Origin: Trueperaceae bacterium | Lineage (GTDB): Bacteria; Deinococcota; Deinococci; Deinococcales; Trueperaceae | Assembly: GCA_965214405.1 (NCBI GenBank) | Contig: OZ243956.1 | Span: 2,752,001 to 2,816,000, forward strand | Direction: 5' to 3' | Length of the DNA: 64,000 nucleotides | Part shown: one piece after another, positions 20,289 through 30,254 of the stretch | Layout of the letters: each line of letters begins with the position of its first letter | Numbering within the stretch: position 1 is the first letter of the stretch | Made by a program: the position numbers and the translations under genes | Notes under the pieces: model-generated | Databases searched by the model: none | Told to the model about the DNA's origin: nothing | What the model saw: the letters and a program-made list of their open reading frames with translations, nothing else

Positions 20289-20927
20289 ATGACTGAGCCG
20301 CTAAAACTTCACACCTTGGGCGCACCCACCGACAGAATGGGAAGGGCTATGAGCCTCGCATTTCGTCATGAACCCAATTTTGTATATATGCTCCCCCGTA
20401 CAAACCACCGCGAGCGCCCGCTGAGCTGGTTTTTTGGGCGCTTTGTCGCCAAGCTGGGGCTCGAGCATGGCGAGGTTTACACCATTCGGGGGGGAGCAGG
20501 CGGGGCCGTCTGGTTCGGACCCGGTGAGACGCCTTCAGCAAGAAGTTCGCTACGCGCGGGGCTCCTCATGATGCCGCTGCGCTTCGGCCTCAAAGGAACA
20601 GAGCGTTCAGCCGAGTTGGGGCGCTATCTGGCGGCGCGGCGCGAGCACCTCGCGCCGCAGCCTCACCTGTACTTAGTGGCGCTCGGGGTGGACCCGGAGC
20701 ATCAGGGGCGGGGCCTCGGGCGCGCGCTCCTCCGGCCTGGGCTCGAGCGGGCGGACAAAGAGGCGAGGGTGTGTTACCTTGAAACCTTTTTAGAACGCAC
20801 CGCCGCGTTTTATGGCGGGCTCGGCTTCGAGGTGGTGCGTCAAGACGCGCTTCCTGGTGGACCTGCGTTTTGGTGTATGCGGAGAGAGCCGCGGGGGCAA
20901 GTCGTAAAGAAGCTCGCTCTAAGGTAG
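20289..20927 (+). CDS. GNAT family N-acetyltransferase
   Basis: LGVDPEHQGRGLGRALL, YLET, FYGGLGF. Confidence 0.88.
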   Translation: MTEPLKLHTLGAPTDRMGRAMSLAFRHEPNFVYMLPRTNHRERPLSWFFGRFVAKLGLEHGEVYTIRGGAGGAVWFGPGETPSARSSLRAGLLMMPLRFGLKGTERSAELGRYLAARREHLAPQPHLYLVALGVDPEHQGRGLGRALLRPGLERADKEARVCYLETFLERTAAFYGGLGFEVVRQDALPGGPAFWCMRREPRGQVVKKLALR

Positions 20928-20983
20928 CTCATGCACTTTATATGAGCGGCGTCTACATAAACTTACCTGTCCAAACTTCAACC

Positions 20984-21024
20984 GCAAGAATCGGATAGCC
21001 TTCTTTCTCCCGCCTCGCCATACT
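20984..21024 (+). promoter_or_regulatory. Candidate activator site plus -10 of the EamA gene
   Basis: GCAAGAATCGGATAG then CATACT; same spacing as 22056-22097. Confidence 0.45.
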
Positions 21025-21047
21025 GGTTTGAAGAGAGCGAGGCATAC

Positions 21048-21986
21048 ATGGTTCCCCATAAATCTATGACGCTACTCGAGTGGCTACTGCTTCTCACCCT
21101 CTCCGTTCTCTGGGGCGGGTCGTTCTTTTTTGGCAAGGTGGCGCTGGCCGAGCTGCCCCCCCTGACGCTGGTGCTGGGCCGCGTCGCGCTGGCGGCGGTC
21201 GCACTTAATCTGGTAGTGGTGGCGACCGGCCACTGGATGCCGAGGGACTTGAGGCTCTGGGGCGCATTTTTAATCATGGGCGCGCTCAACAACTTTATCC
21301 CCTTTAGCCTTATTTTTTGGGGTCAAACGGAGATTACCAGTAGCCTCGCGTCCATCCTAAACGCCACCACGCCGCTATGGACGGTGGTCCTCGCGCACGT
21401 GCTGACGGGTGACGAGCGGTTAAATTCAAACAAGCTCACAGGCATTTTTTTCGGGCTGCTCGGCGTTGTGGTCATGGTTGGTCCCGCCGCGCTTGGCGGA
21501 TTCGGCCTCAACATTCTCGCCCAACTCGCGGTGCTCGGCGCGGCGCTTTCTTACGCCTTCGCCGGTATCTTCGGGCGGCGCTTCAGGCGCTTGGGCGTCC
21601 TCCCGCTCGTGACCGCGTCGGGACAACTTACCGGAAGCACCCTGATGATGCTTCCCGTTGCTCTGGTGGTCGATAAACCGTGGACGCTGCCCGCACTTAG
21701 CGTGACAACTTGGGGCGCTGTCACCGGGCTCGCGCTTCTCTGCACCGCCGTTGCCTACGTCATCTACTTTCGCTTGCTCGCTTCGGCGGGTGCCACAAAT
21801 TTGCTTTTGGTCACGTTCCTTATCCCGGTGAGCGCGCTCATGCTGGGCACAACTATTCTGGGCGAGAGGCTCGAGCCGCGCCAGCTCGCAGGTATGGTGA
21901 TGATAGGTCTGGGACTCGCCGCCATCGACGGGCGGTTGTGGAAGCGCGTTCGAGGCTGGTTTTTTCTTAAAAACGTCCCAGGCTAA
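21048..21986 (+). CDS. DMT/EamA family transporter
   Basis: About 10 TM segments; LWGGSF, ASILNATTPLWT, LGERL. Confidence 0.9.
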   Translation: MVPHKSMTLLEWLLLLTLSVLWGGSFFFGKVALAELPPLTLVLGRVALAAVALNLVVVATGHWMPRDLRLWGAFLIMGALNNFIPFSLIFWGQTEITSSLASILNATTPLWTVVLAHVLTGDERLNSNKLTGIFFGLLGVVVMVGPAALGGFGLNILAQLAVLGAALSYAFAGIFGRRFRRLGVLPLVTASGQLTGSTLMMLPVALVVDKPWTLPALSVTTWGAVTGLALLCTAVAYVIYFRLLASAGATNLLLVTFLIPVSALMLGTTILGERLEPRQLAGMVMIGLGLAAIDGRLWKRVRGWFFLKNVPG

Positions 21987-22055
21987 GTTCTTGCAGATGC
22001 ACGTCACCCACACAAGCGGCGCATTTATTTGGGAAACGCTTTCAGTTGAATTTGA

Positions 22056-22097
22056 GCAAAGATTCGGATGGAAGAGAGGGGTTCCTGGCGCTATCCT
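22056..22097 (+). promoter_or_regulatory. Candidate activator site plus -10 of the DUF1203 gene
   Basis: GCAAAGATTCGGATG then TATCCT. Confidence 0.45.
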
Positions 22098-22133
22098 TTT
22101 AACAGAGCTAAAAGGTCTCTTGAAAGGAGCACC

Positions 22134-22607
22134 ATGACACCCGAATTCAAAATCGTCGCGCAACCCTCCCAAAGATTCTCACCTCTCTTTTCCCTTACAG
22201 ATGGGGAATTGAGGGCTCGAGGCGCACGCCGCATCACGGTTGAAGAGAGCCCCGGCTATCCTTGCAGAGTCAGCTTAGAGGACGCTGAAGTGGGCGAGCA
22301 GGTCGTTCTCACCCCGTTTCGCCACCACGACGTCAGCTCGGCTTATCAGGCGGTCGGACCGATTTTTGTCCGTGAGGGCGCGCGGACGGCGCGGCTCGAG
22401 CCCAATACCGTCCCGACGATGCTCCTTCACCGCCTTCTCTCCGTCCGCGCATACGATAAAGACGCCGTGATGACCGCTGCTCGAGTCGCTAAAGGAGACG
22501 GGCTTTCCCGCACCATTCAAAGCTTGTTCGGCGACGCGCGGGTCGCTTACCTCCACATCCATAACGCCGGGCCAGGCTGCTTTAACTGCGCTGTGAACCG
22601 CGCTTAA
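22134..22607 (+). CDS. DUF1203 domain protein
   Basis: PGYPCRVSLEDA, GPIFV, LSVRAYD, YLHIHNAGPGCF; SD AGGAG. Confidence 0.85.
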   Translation: MTPEFKIVAQPSQRFSPLFSLTDGELRARGARRITVEESPGYPCRVSLEDAEVGEQVVLTPFRHHDVSSAYQAVGPIFVREGARTARLEPNTVPTMLLHRLLSVRAYDKDAVMTAARVAKGDGLSRTIQSLFGDARVAYLHIHNAGPGCFNCAVNRA

Positions 22608-22714
22608 AAGACTGAGACTTTCTCTCAGCGCGGCCACTCGTTTTACTGCGGGATGTAAACTCAGCTAAATATTCAACGCTGCCACCCAAGCTTTCACCTG
22701 GAGGTGACGAATTT

Positions 22715-23776
22715 ATGCGTGTCGAGAGCCAACCCTATCCAACCGACTCGAGCCGCTGGCAAGCCGTGCTAGACCGCGACGCCGCCGCCGACGGGCATTT
22801 TTTGTACGCGGTTAAAACAACCCGCATCTACTGCCGCCCGACCTGCCCTTCAAAGCGGGCCAAGCGGGAGCACGTTATGTTTTATATGAGCCCTCGAGAC
22901 GCCCAGAGCGCAGGCTACCGCGCCTGCAAACGGTGTCGTCCCGATATGGTCAGTCGTCAGCAGAGCGTCATCGCGCAGGTGCAACACAGGCTCGAGTCTA
23001 CCGAGCCCGAACCCTCCTTACGCGAACTTGCGGAAACGGTCGGGCTCAGCCCCTCGCACCTGCAACGCCTTTTCAAACGCGCGACCGGGCTCAGCCCCAA
23101 GCAGTACGCTATCGCCCGCCGGGAGGCGCGTTTCAAGGAGGAGCTGAGGGAAGACAAGGGGGTCACGACCGCCATGTACGACGCGGGTTACGGCTCGAGC
23201 CGCGCGCTCTACACGGACGCGCCAAAGGGTCTCGGGATGAGGCCGAAAACCTATCAAAAAGGAGGTGAGGGTGAGCGTATCAGCTTTGGACTTTTTGATA
23301 GCGTCCTCGGAAAAATGCTCATCGCCGCTACAGCTAAGGGTATCATCGCGCTGCGGTTTGGGGAAGACGACGCGCTCTTGGAGGAGCTTAGGGAGGAATT
23401 TCCTGCGGCCATTCTCGAGGAGGACCCGGCAAGCCTTTCTCAGTACCAGAAAGCAGTAGAGGATTATCTGAGCGGCGCGGCCCAGGCGCTCGAGCTGCCC
23501 CTCAACTTCAAAGCGACCGAGTTCCAAACGCGCGTCTGGCAGGCCTTGCGGGAGGTGCCTTACGGTGAAACGCGCTCTTACAGCGAACTCGCCGTGATGA
23601 TTGGACAGCCCACCGCGGTGAGAGCCGTCGCCAGGGCCTTGGCGACCAACCCGGTCGCGCTGGTGATCCCCTGCCACCGCATCGTCCGGGCCAACGGTGA
23701 GAGGAGCGGCTACCGCTGGGGACCGGAACGCAAGGAGGCGCTTCTTGCCCAGGAGCGGCGGGGGAAGTCGGAATAG
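22715..23776 (+). CDS. ada: Bifunctional transcriptional activator / O6-methylguanine-DNA methyltransferase
   Basis: Zn site YCRPTC..RACKRC, AraC-like HTH, active site PCHR. Confidence 0.93.
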   Translation: MRVESQPYPTDSSRWQAVLDRDAAADGHFLYAVKTTRIYCRPTCPSKRAKREHVMFYMSPRDAQSAGYRACKRCRPDMVSRQQSVIAQVQHRLESTEPEPSLRELAETVGLSPSHLQRLFKRATGLSPKQYAIARREARFKEELREDKGVTTAMYDAGYGSSRALYTDAPKGLGMRPKTYQKGGEGERISFGLFDSVLGKMLIAATAKGIIALRFGEDDALLEELREEFPAAILEEDPASLSQYQKAVEDYLSGAAQALELPLNFKATEFQTRVWQALREVPYGETRSYSELAVMIGQPTAVRAVARALATNPVALVIPCHRIVRANGERSGYRWGPERKEALLAQERRGKSE

Positions 23777-23908
23777 TCTGGGCGCTATTACGGCTGAGTT
23801 TTAACTGAGGCGGTCGCGGGTTGGGCCGAGACGCGGCATCCTCTAAAGAAACATAACCGGATAAGGTCACGCGCTTTTGTTAGGCTACCTGTTTGTTAAG
23901 CTGCCACC

Positions 23909-24514
23909 GTGAAACTCGCTTGCAACGACGGCACCCTCATACGTCAGCTTTTGGACGGGGGCCGGGCCGACGTGGATTTTCTCAAGGTAACCGATATAAA
24001 AAATTTGGACGCCGAGGTCTCCTCCGCGCTCCGTTACCGCCCCGCGCTCATCCATGTGGGCTTTGGCATCGGCGACAGCGTTGCGACCTACAAGGACTTC
24101 AACTGGGACGGGTTCAACGGTCTCGTTGAGAGGTCCGGCTCGCCCCATGTGGCGATGCACCTCGAGGTTTCCACGCACAACTGGTTTAGGAGCACCGATT
24201 TGCGCTATCAGACCGCGGAAGAAGCGAGGGCGATGGCCGCGCACCTCACCGAGCTGTGGCGCTTTTTGAGAGACCGACTTGTATGTCCACTTTTGATAGA
24301 AAACATGGACTACATGGGCGTCGAGTTAAAACCCGGCTACGGCGTGTTCCGCTCGAGCGTCGAACCCGCGCTGATGTGGGGGCTTGCCAACGAGGGGGCG
24401 GGCGTGCTGCTCGACCTGGCGCACCTGCGGGTGACCGCCTACCACCTGGGGGTGGACGCGAGGGCGTTCGCCCGTTCTCTGCCGCTCCACGCGGTGCGGC
24501 ACACCGTTTTCTAG
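23909..24514 (+). pseudogene. 3'-truncated DUF692-like (MNIO/TIM-barrel) gene
   Basis: LLIEN, LLDLAH and SLPL motifs, but ends just before the expected EIH motif; TAAGCT 6 nt before GTG. Confidence 0.6.
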
Positions 24515-24792
24515 GCTGAACGCCTCGGGGTCGCTCTCGCCGATGGTGATAAAGTTGCGGCTGATTCTGTAGGTGTCGCAAAAGGGCGTGCCGTTGGGCT
24601 TTGTGCGGGCGCAGTCGATGTCCGCCGGGTCGCCCTCAATATCGCCCGTGTACACGTAGCCGCTGGGGAAAAAGAGGTAAAAGGCCGGTTGCACGCTGCC
24701 GGTCATGCCGCTGGACTCATATTCGTCGCGGTAAAAAAGCCCGATAAGGACTGCTCATTGCCTTCTATAGGCGGCGCGACCCCGTCGCCGTA
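24500..24792 (-). pseudogene. Internal fragment of an unidentified gene
   Basis: Protein-like text (FYLFFPSGYVYTG..DCARTKPNGTPFCDTY) lacking a credible own start or stop; apparent frameshift in the A6 run near 24733-24738. Confidence 0.4.
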
Positions 24793-24919
24793 TCGAGCCC
24801 GTCACCACAATCTTTTTCACCCTTTGAGTCCTCTCCCTATGAAGGATGTTCGACTACATAACCAAAAGCAACCGCAACTACAGCAGGTCCCGCTCTGCTC
24901 GAGCCCCAGCCGACAGCCC

Positions 24920-24963
24920 TTGACAAACCCCACTCCCTCGACTACACTTTTACTCAACGTTGA
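24920..24963 (+). promoter_or_regulatory. Sigma70 promoter and candidate PadR operator
   Basis: TTGACA (24920), 17 bp spacer, TACACT (24943); palindrome TCAACGTTGA at 24954-24963. Confidence 0.7.
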
Positions 24964-24995
24964 CCAAACAACGTTTTATATCAGAGGGAGGTCCG

Positions 24996-25604
24996 GTGAA
25001 CACAGAAATCTTCGTCCTCGGCTTCTTAAAGATTCGGCCCATGCATGGTTACGACATCCAGCAGTATTTGCAATTCACCTACGCGGATTACTGGGCGGAC
25101 ATCCTGCCCGGCTCCATCTACAACGCGCTCAAAAAGATGACTAAGAAAGGCTGGGTGGAAGTGGCGCGCACCGAGGCGACGGGCCACCGCACCCGCGCTA
25201 TTTACAGAATCACCGAAGCGGGCGAGGAGGCGCTGCAAATCTTACTGTTGGAAGCCTGGCGCAAACGCCCCCGCGTGATGCCGGGCACGCTCTACACCGC
25301 GCTGATGTTCGTGAGTGAGGTGGAGAAGCAGCGCGTGATTGAGGCGGTTGAGGCGCAGATAGAGGCGCTCGAGGCCGAACTCGCCGAAAACGACCGGGGC
25401 GAAGACATCAAGATGCAGTCACCCGACGCGCCGCCCTACATCCCAATCGTGATGGCGAACTCGCGCGCTCACCTCAAGGCCGACCTCGAGATGCTCAGAG
25501 AACTCAAAAAGCTCTTACCGGATTTGCCCTCTATACCCGTCGTACTGCCCGACTTGACCGAGTTAAAAGCGATGGACAACGCAAACTGGAAGGAGAAAGC
25601 GTGA
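24996..25604 (+). CDS. PadR family transcriptional regulator
   Basis: PMHGYDI..GSIYNALKKM..YRITEAG; SD GGAGG before GTG. Confidence 0.9.
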   Translation: MNTEIFVLGFLKIRPMHGYDIQQYLQFTYADYWADILPGSIYNALKKMTKKGWVEVARTEATGHRTRAIYRITEAGEEALQILLLEAWRKRPRVMPGTLYTALMFVSEVEKQRVIEAVEAQIEALEAELAENDRGEDIKMQSPDAPPYIPIVMANSRAHLKADLEMLRELKKLLPDLPSIPVVLPDLTELKAMDNANWKEKA

Positions 25605-26302
25605 CGCATCTCATCGAAGCTCGAGGCTTAACCAAACGCTACGGTCGACGCACCGTGGTAAACGATGTTGACTTGGTGGTTGACAAGGGCGAAATCGTCG
25701 CCCTCATCGGCCCCAACGGCGCGGGCAAAACGACCACCATCGAGATGATGCTCGGCGTGCGCCAACCCGACGGCGGCACCGTGACGTGCAGCCTCACCGA
25801 CGCGCGTAAGGGGACGGGCGCGCAGTTGCAGAACACGCCTTTTTTTCCGGGTCTCAACACGCGGGACAACCTCGCGTTGTTTGCCTTCTTTTACGGGTTG
25901 GCTGGGGATAAGGGAGGGCTCGAGGGGGTGCTCGAGCGATTCTCTTTGCTCGAGGTTGCCACCACCCAAGCCTCAAAACTTTCAGGCGGACAGCAGCGGC
26001 GCTTAGCAATCGCCATCGCGCTCGTTCATGAACCGCAACTCGTGTTTTTGGACGAACCCACCAGCGCGCTCGATCCCAGGGCGCAACGCGACGTGCGCGG
26101 GCTTATCAAAAACCTTGCAGACGCGGGTACAACGGTTCTTTTTACCTCGCACGACATGACGGAAGTGCGAAGCCTCGCCCACAGAATTGTGTTTATCGAC
26201 GGGGGCAGCGTCAAGGCGGAGGGAAAGCCCGACGCGCTCCTAGAAAAACACGGCGTCACCACGCTCGACGAACTCTACCTTTTACTCACGGAGGCTGATT
26301 AG
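25601..26302 (+). CDS. ABC exporter ATP-binding protein
   Basis: GPNGAGKT, LSGGQ, LDEPT, SH. Confidence 0.93.
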   Translation: MTHLIEARGLTKRYGRRTVVNDVDLVVDKGEIVALIGPNGAGKTTTIEMMLGVRQPDGGTVTCSLTDARKGTGAQLQNTPFFPGLNTRDNLALFAFFYGLAGDKGGLEGVLERFSLLEVATTQASKLSGGQQRRLAIAIALVHEPQLVFLDEPTSALDPRAQRDVRGLIKNLADAGTTVLFTSHDMTEVRSLAHRIVFIDGGSVKAEGKPDALLEKHGVTTLDELYLLLTEAD

Positions 26303-26303
26303 C

Positions 26304-27053
26304 ATGACGAGCTTCAAGCTGCTTCTCAAACTGGCGCTACGTGACCGCATCTCGCTCGGTTGGGCGCTCCTTTTCCCGCTCAGCCTGATGATTGCGATGA
26401 GCCTCTTTTTTGACGACCCCGTCTACCGCACGCGCCTGCTCGCGGGTCTGCTGGCGATAAGCGCGCTTTTTTACATCGCCTACGGGATGGCGTTCGACGT
26501 GCTGGGACAGCGGAACCGCGGGGTGTATAAGCTGCTCAGAATCACGCCCGTGCGGACGCCCGTCTTCATCATCCGGCTGGCTCTGGCCCGCAGCGTCGTT
26601 GCGCTCGGTTGCACTTTGTTCGTGCTCGCCGCGGGGCTCGTCATCCTTCACATACCGTTCAGCGTCGCAGGCTTGCCTATGCTCTTCGTCGTGCTGGCGC
26701 TCGGTATGACGGCGTTTACGTTTCTAGGTTTTATCATCGGCAATTTGGGTAACGATGAGTCGGGCGTTGCCACTCTCACGAACGCCGTCACGCTGCCGCT
26801 CTTGTTTCTGACCGAGACGTTTTACAGCCTGGAGAGCGCGCCCCTCTGGATACAAACGCTGCGGGACGCGCTGCCCTTCAACCACTTTTTGAGCGCGATT
26901 CGGGCGTGTCTCGAGGGCCACCCAAGCGCAGCCGCCTTACCTCTGCTCATCGTCATAGGATACGGCGTCCTCTTCTTGTGCCTGTCCACCCTGACATTCC
27001 GCTGGGACGCGGCTGCGCCTATTGGCGGTAGGCTGTGGAGCAAATCAGCCTGA
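26304..27053 (+). CDS. ABC-2 type permease
   Basis: Six TM segments, RGVYKLLRITP, follows ATPase. Confidence 0.88.
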   Translation: MTSFKLLLKLALRDRISLGWALLFPLSLMIAMSLFFDDPVYRTRLLAGLLAISALFYIAYGMAFDVLGQRNRGVYKLLRITPVRTPVFIIRLALARSVVALGCTLFVLAAGLVILHIPFSVAGLPMLFVVLALGMTAFTFLGFIIGNLGNDESGVATLTNAVTLPLLFLTETFYSLESAPLWIQTLRDALPFNHFLSAIRACLEGHPSAAALPLLIVIGYGVLFLCLSTLTFRWDAAAPIGGRLWSKSA

Positions 27054-27071
27054 GAAATCAGCAGAGTAGCG

Positions 27072-27419
27072 TCAGCAGTCGGCCCCGTCTTCTTTACAGG
27101 GGTCATGACCCCAGTTCATGAGCGAATAGCGCCAGCGGCTCTCCTTGACGTCGCTCTCGGGACCCTGCGCGCTGTGGCGTTTGATGTAAGAGATCACCCG
27201 GCCCATCATGTCGTAGTCGTCGTCGGTGTAGTCGTCTACCTTCTTATGCTTGATTTCGACGATGTGCTCGCCGCTCTTGTGGCCGATGGCCTCGCCGTCG
27301 CCGCTGTCTTGCCCGACGGACTTTGACTCGTCGGTCTCGAGCCACTCTTCTAGCTCTTTGGGTGCCATGTTAACCAAATCGCCAAACTCCTTGCGCGTTT
27401 CCAACTTATCGTCTGCCAT
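27072..27419 (-). CDS. DUF3140 domain protein
   Basis: VNMAPKELEEWL..WRYSLMNWGHDP. Confidence 0.85.
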   Translation of the reverse strand: MADDKLETRKEFGDLVNMAPKELEEWLETDESKSVGQDSGDGEAIGHKSGEHIVEIKHKKVDDYTDDDYDMMGRVISYIKRHSAQGPESDVKESRWRYSLMNWGHDPCKEDGADC

Positions 27420-27490
27420 AAAAATCTCCCCCATTAAGATGATTGATTTTAGCGAATCTTGAACGTGCCCTTAGAACTGACTTTGGAACG

Positions 27491-28075
27491 CTAGCTGTAA
27501 CGCTCCTCCTCGAAAGGGTCGCCGCGGTTGTGATAGCCGTTGCGCTCCCAAAAGCCGGGCGCGTCGCCCTTCATAAATTCGATGCCCTGGAGCCATTTGG
27601 CGCTCTTCCAGGCGTAAAGGTGCGGGATGAGCGCGCGGAGCGGGCCGCCGTGTTCGGTGGGGATGTCCTCGCCCTCGAGGGTGTGCGCCACCATGCAGTC
27701 GGGGGCCAAGAAGTCCTCGAGCCGCAGGTTCGTCGTGTAGCCGCCGTAAGCGTGAAACATCACGTGCGTCGCCTCGGGGTCAAGCTCGAGCCCCGCCATG
27801 AGGTCGGTCATCAGCACGCCCGTCCAGCTCACGTCAAGCTTCGACCAGTGCGTCACGCAGTGGAAGTCGCGGGTGAGCGTCGTTTGCGGCAACGCCATGA
27901 TGTCGTTCCACGTCAAGCGTTTTTCTTCGACCAGGCCGTAGAGTTTGAGCTCGAGTTCGTCTTTACTCACGCGCGGCGTCGGCCCGTAGGTGAGGACCGG
28001 GAAGCGGTCGGTCACGCTCTGGCCGGGGGGAACTTTGGGGTTGTCGGGTTCCTTGCGAAACATTTTGCCTAGCAT
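27491..28075 (-). CDS. Sulfite oxidase-like molybdopterin-dependent oxidoreductase
   Basis: DFHCVTHWS, EHGGPLR, YAWKSAKW, GFWERNGYH. Confidence 0.9.
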   Translation of the reverse strand: MLGKMFRKEPDNPKVPPGQSVTDRFPVLTYGPTPRVSKDELELKLYGLVEEKRLTWNDIMALPQTTLTRDFHCVTHWSKLDVSWTGVLMTDLMAGLELDPEATHVMFHAYGGYTTNLRLEDFLAPDCMVAHTLEGEDIPTEHGGPLRALIPHLYAWKSAKWLQGIEFMKGDAPGFWERNGYHNRGDPFEEERYS

Positions 28076-28166
28076 GTTCCGACGTTATCACGCGCTCGCC
28101 ACGCAAACCTTGGCCTATTCGACGATGTTGACGGTTTCTGCACCCTTTTTCTGCTAATTTTGAGGT

Positions 28167-28805
28167 GTGGACTTGCGCGAGACCTTACGTTTAGCTTTCG
28201 ACGCGTTTGACAAAGGCGAGTTGGGACGTGCGGCGGACCTTTACCAGAGGGTGCTCGAGGCACACGCCAGCGGAGACGTCCACGCGCACGCTCTTCACGG
28301 CCTGGGCTTTGTCAGGAGCCAGCAGGGGCGGTTTCTCGAGGCGCGGGAGCTTTACCTGAAGCTGCTCGAGCACGCCGAGGCGCAGGGGAATCTCACCGCG
28401 CAACACCGCGCCATGCACCAGCTCGGCATGGTGGAACGCCTTGCAGGACGCTTCGAAACGGCGCTTCATTGGTTTCAACGGGAGCACGGGCTACTCGAGC
28501 ACTTCACCGAAGGGCGCGCTGTGGCCCTCTCCGCCAATCTTTACGAACGGGGTTACGTCACGTTTCTCGCGGGCGACCCGCAGGAGGGAAAGAGCTTGCT
28601 AAGGGACTCGCTCACCTATGCCAACGAAGCGGGCGACGCTATGTGTCAGGGCTGCGCTTTGCGCGCCTTGGGCGAAGTCGCGGCGGCGGGAGGCGCTGCT
28701 GACAAGGCGCGGGAGCAGTGGCGCTCGAGCCTCCGCCACTTCGAGAAAGCGGGCGATAGGGTGGCGTCGGACGAGGTGCGAACCCTGCTAGACACCCTCA
28801 GCTAG
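28167..28805 (+). CDS. Tetratricopeptide repeat protein
   Basis: Repeated ALHGLG/AMHQLG/ALRALG helices. Confidence 0.75.
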   Translation: MDLRETLRLAFDAFDKGELGRAADLYQRVLEAHASGDVHAHALHGLGFVRSQQGRFLEARELYLKLLEHAEAQGNLTAQHRAMHQLGMVERLAGRFETALHWFQREHGLLEHFTEGRAVALSANLYERGYVTFLAGDPQEGKSLLRDSLTYANEAGDAMCQGCALRALGEVAAAGGAADKAREQWRSSLRHFEKAGDRVASDEVRTLLDTLS

Positions 28806-28833
28806 ATGTACTTGGGTGGGTATACTCAGGAAA

Positions 28834-29547
28834 GTGCCCGGCCTACGCATCATCCTCGTGAGACCCAAAGAGCCCGCCAACGTGGGCGCGTGCGCGCGGG
28901 CGATGAAAAACTTTGGCCTCAGCGACCTTTTTTTGGTCGCCCCGCAGCGGCGAGTGGGGGCCACGGCTCGAGCACTCGCCTCGCACGCGGGGGATGTGCT
29001 CGATAGCGCAGTCTATCGTGACACTTTGGAAGAGGCCGTCACAGACCTTAAACTCGTCCTCGGCACCACCGCGCGCCCGCGGGCTGCGGAGGGCCAAAAG
29101 GTCTACACGTTGCGCGAGGCGGCTACCACGCTGCCCGCCGAGGGCGTCGGCATCATGTTCGGCCCCGAGGACTTTGGGCTCAGCAACGACGACCTCACAC
29201 ACTGCCAGGGTTACATCCAGATTCCTACCGCCGCTTACGCCTCGCTCAACTTAGCGCAGGCGGTGGGGCTGGTGGCGTACGAATGGTTTGTGGCCCGCGC
29301 GGAAGCTGCAGCTCCTCAAACCCTCACCGACCTCGCCCCCAGAGACGAGTTGGAGCCCTTCTACGCACAACTTTTAGATACCCTCCACCTCATTGGCTAC
29401 ACCGACGCGCAGCGCGAGAGGAGCGCCGACCGCCTCTTTAGGAACGTGTTCGACCGCGCGGGGCTCTCGAGCCGCGAAGTCTTGGCCCTGCGCGGCCTGT
29501 GCCGCCAAATCGTGTGGGCAGTGAGGAGAGGCAGTGGTGAGTGGTGA
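28834..29547 (+). CDS. TrmJ/TrmH-family SPOUT RNA methyltransferase
   Basis: NVGACARAMKNFG, FGPEDFGL, SLNLAQAV; TATACT 7 nt before GTG 28834. Confidence 0.9.
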   Translation: MPGLRIILVRPKEPANVGACARAMKNFGLSDLFLVAPQRRVGATARALASHAGDVLDSAVYRDTLEEAVTDLKLVLGTTARPRAAEGQKVYTLREAATTLPAEGVGIMFGPEDFGLSNDDLTHCQGYIQIPTAAYASLNLAQAVGLVAYEWFVARAEAAAPQTLTDLAPRDELEPFYAQLLDTLHLIGYTDAQRERSADRLFRNVFDRAGLSSREVLALRGLCRQIVWAVRRGSGEW

Positions 29548-29570
29548 GAAAAAACTAGCCACTCACCACT
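29533..29570. terminator. Hairpin with 12-bp stem at the end of the methyltransferase gene
   Basis: AGTGGTGAGTGG / CCACTCACCACT with 14-nt loop; no U-tract. Confidence 0.45.
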
Positions 29571-29631
29571 CTCAAGCTCGCTTGAGAACCGCTTCACCCC
29601 CGTCTCATGGGTGGTGGGGTATGTTGGGGGT

Positions 29632-30138
29632 ATGAAAAAGGGATTTTTGTATATAGTCTTGTGTTTATTAGCGGGGGCCGCGCTAGCGCAGGCTCAAACG
29701 GGGGGGGCGGGGGCCAATCCGGTGAGTTATCGGCTCGAGTCCTACGTCGTGAGCCAGGTGACGGGGGATGACGGCAATCAACAAGAAACCTTTACAGAGG
29801 CGACCACGGCCCGGCCCGGTCAGGTGGTCGAGTACCGGCTGTTCGTGGAGAACGTGGGTAACACCACCTTGCCGCCGGGCATCGTATTCGTGACAGGACC
29901 TGTCCCCGAAGGAACGAGCTACGTGGACGCCTCGGCCACGCCCACCTCGGACCGGGTGCTGACCGAATTTACCGCCGACGGTCAGACGTACGGCGAGCCG
30001 CCCCTCGTTGCTGCGGGCACGGGTGGGGGCCAAAGCGCCGTTACGCCCACGCGCTATACCGCCGTAAGGTGGACGCTCAAGCAGCCGCTCGAGCCGGGGC
30101 AAGAAGAGCCCTTTGTCTACCGCGTGACGGTTCAGTAG
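29632..30138 (+). CDS. Secreted DUF11-like protein
   Basis: Signal peptide MKKG..ALA; ARPGQVVEYRL..VPEGTSYV..VRW. Confidence 0.75.
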   Translation: MKKGFLYIVLCLLAGAALAQAQTGGAGANPVSYRLESYVVSQVTGDDGNQQETFTEATTARPGQVVEYRLFVENVGNTTLPPGIVFVTGPVPEGTSYVDASATPTSDRVLTEFTADGQTYGEPPLVAAGTGGGQSAVTPTRYTAVRWTLKQPLEPGQEEPFVYRVTVQ

Positions 30139-30254
30139 GAGACAAGTAAGTTTGATGAAGCGGAGGAGGTGGGGTAGTGAGGGAAAGCCCAAACCCTCCC
30201 CGTCACCCTTGTATCCCCCTACCTCACCTTACGCACCTGCATTACGCCAAAGCT

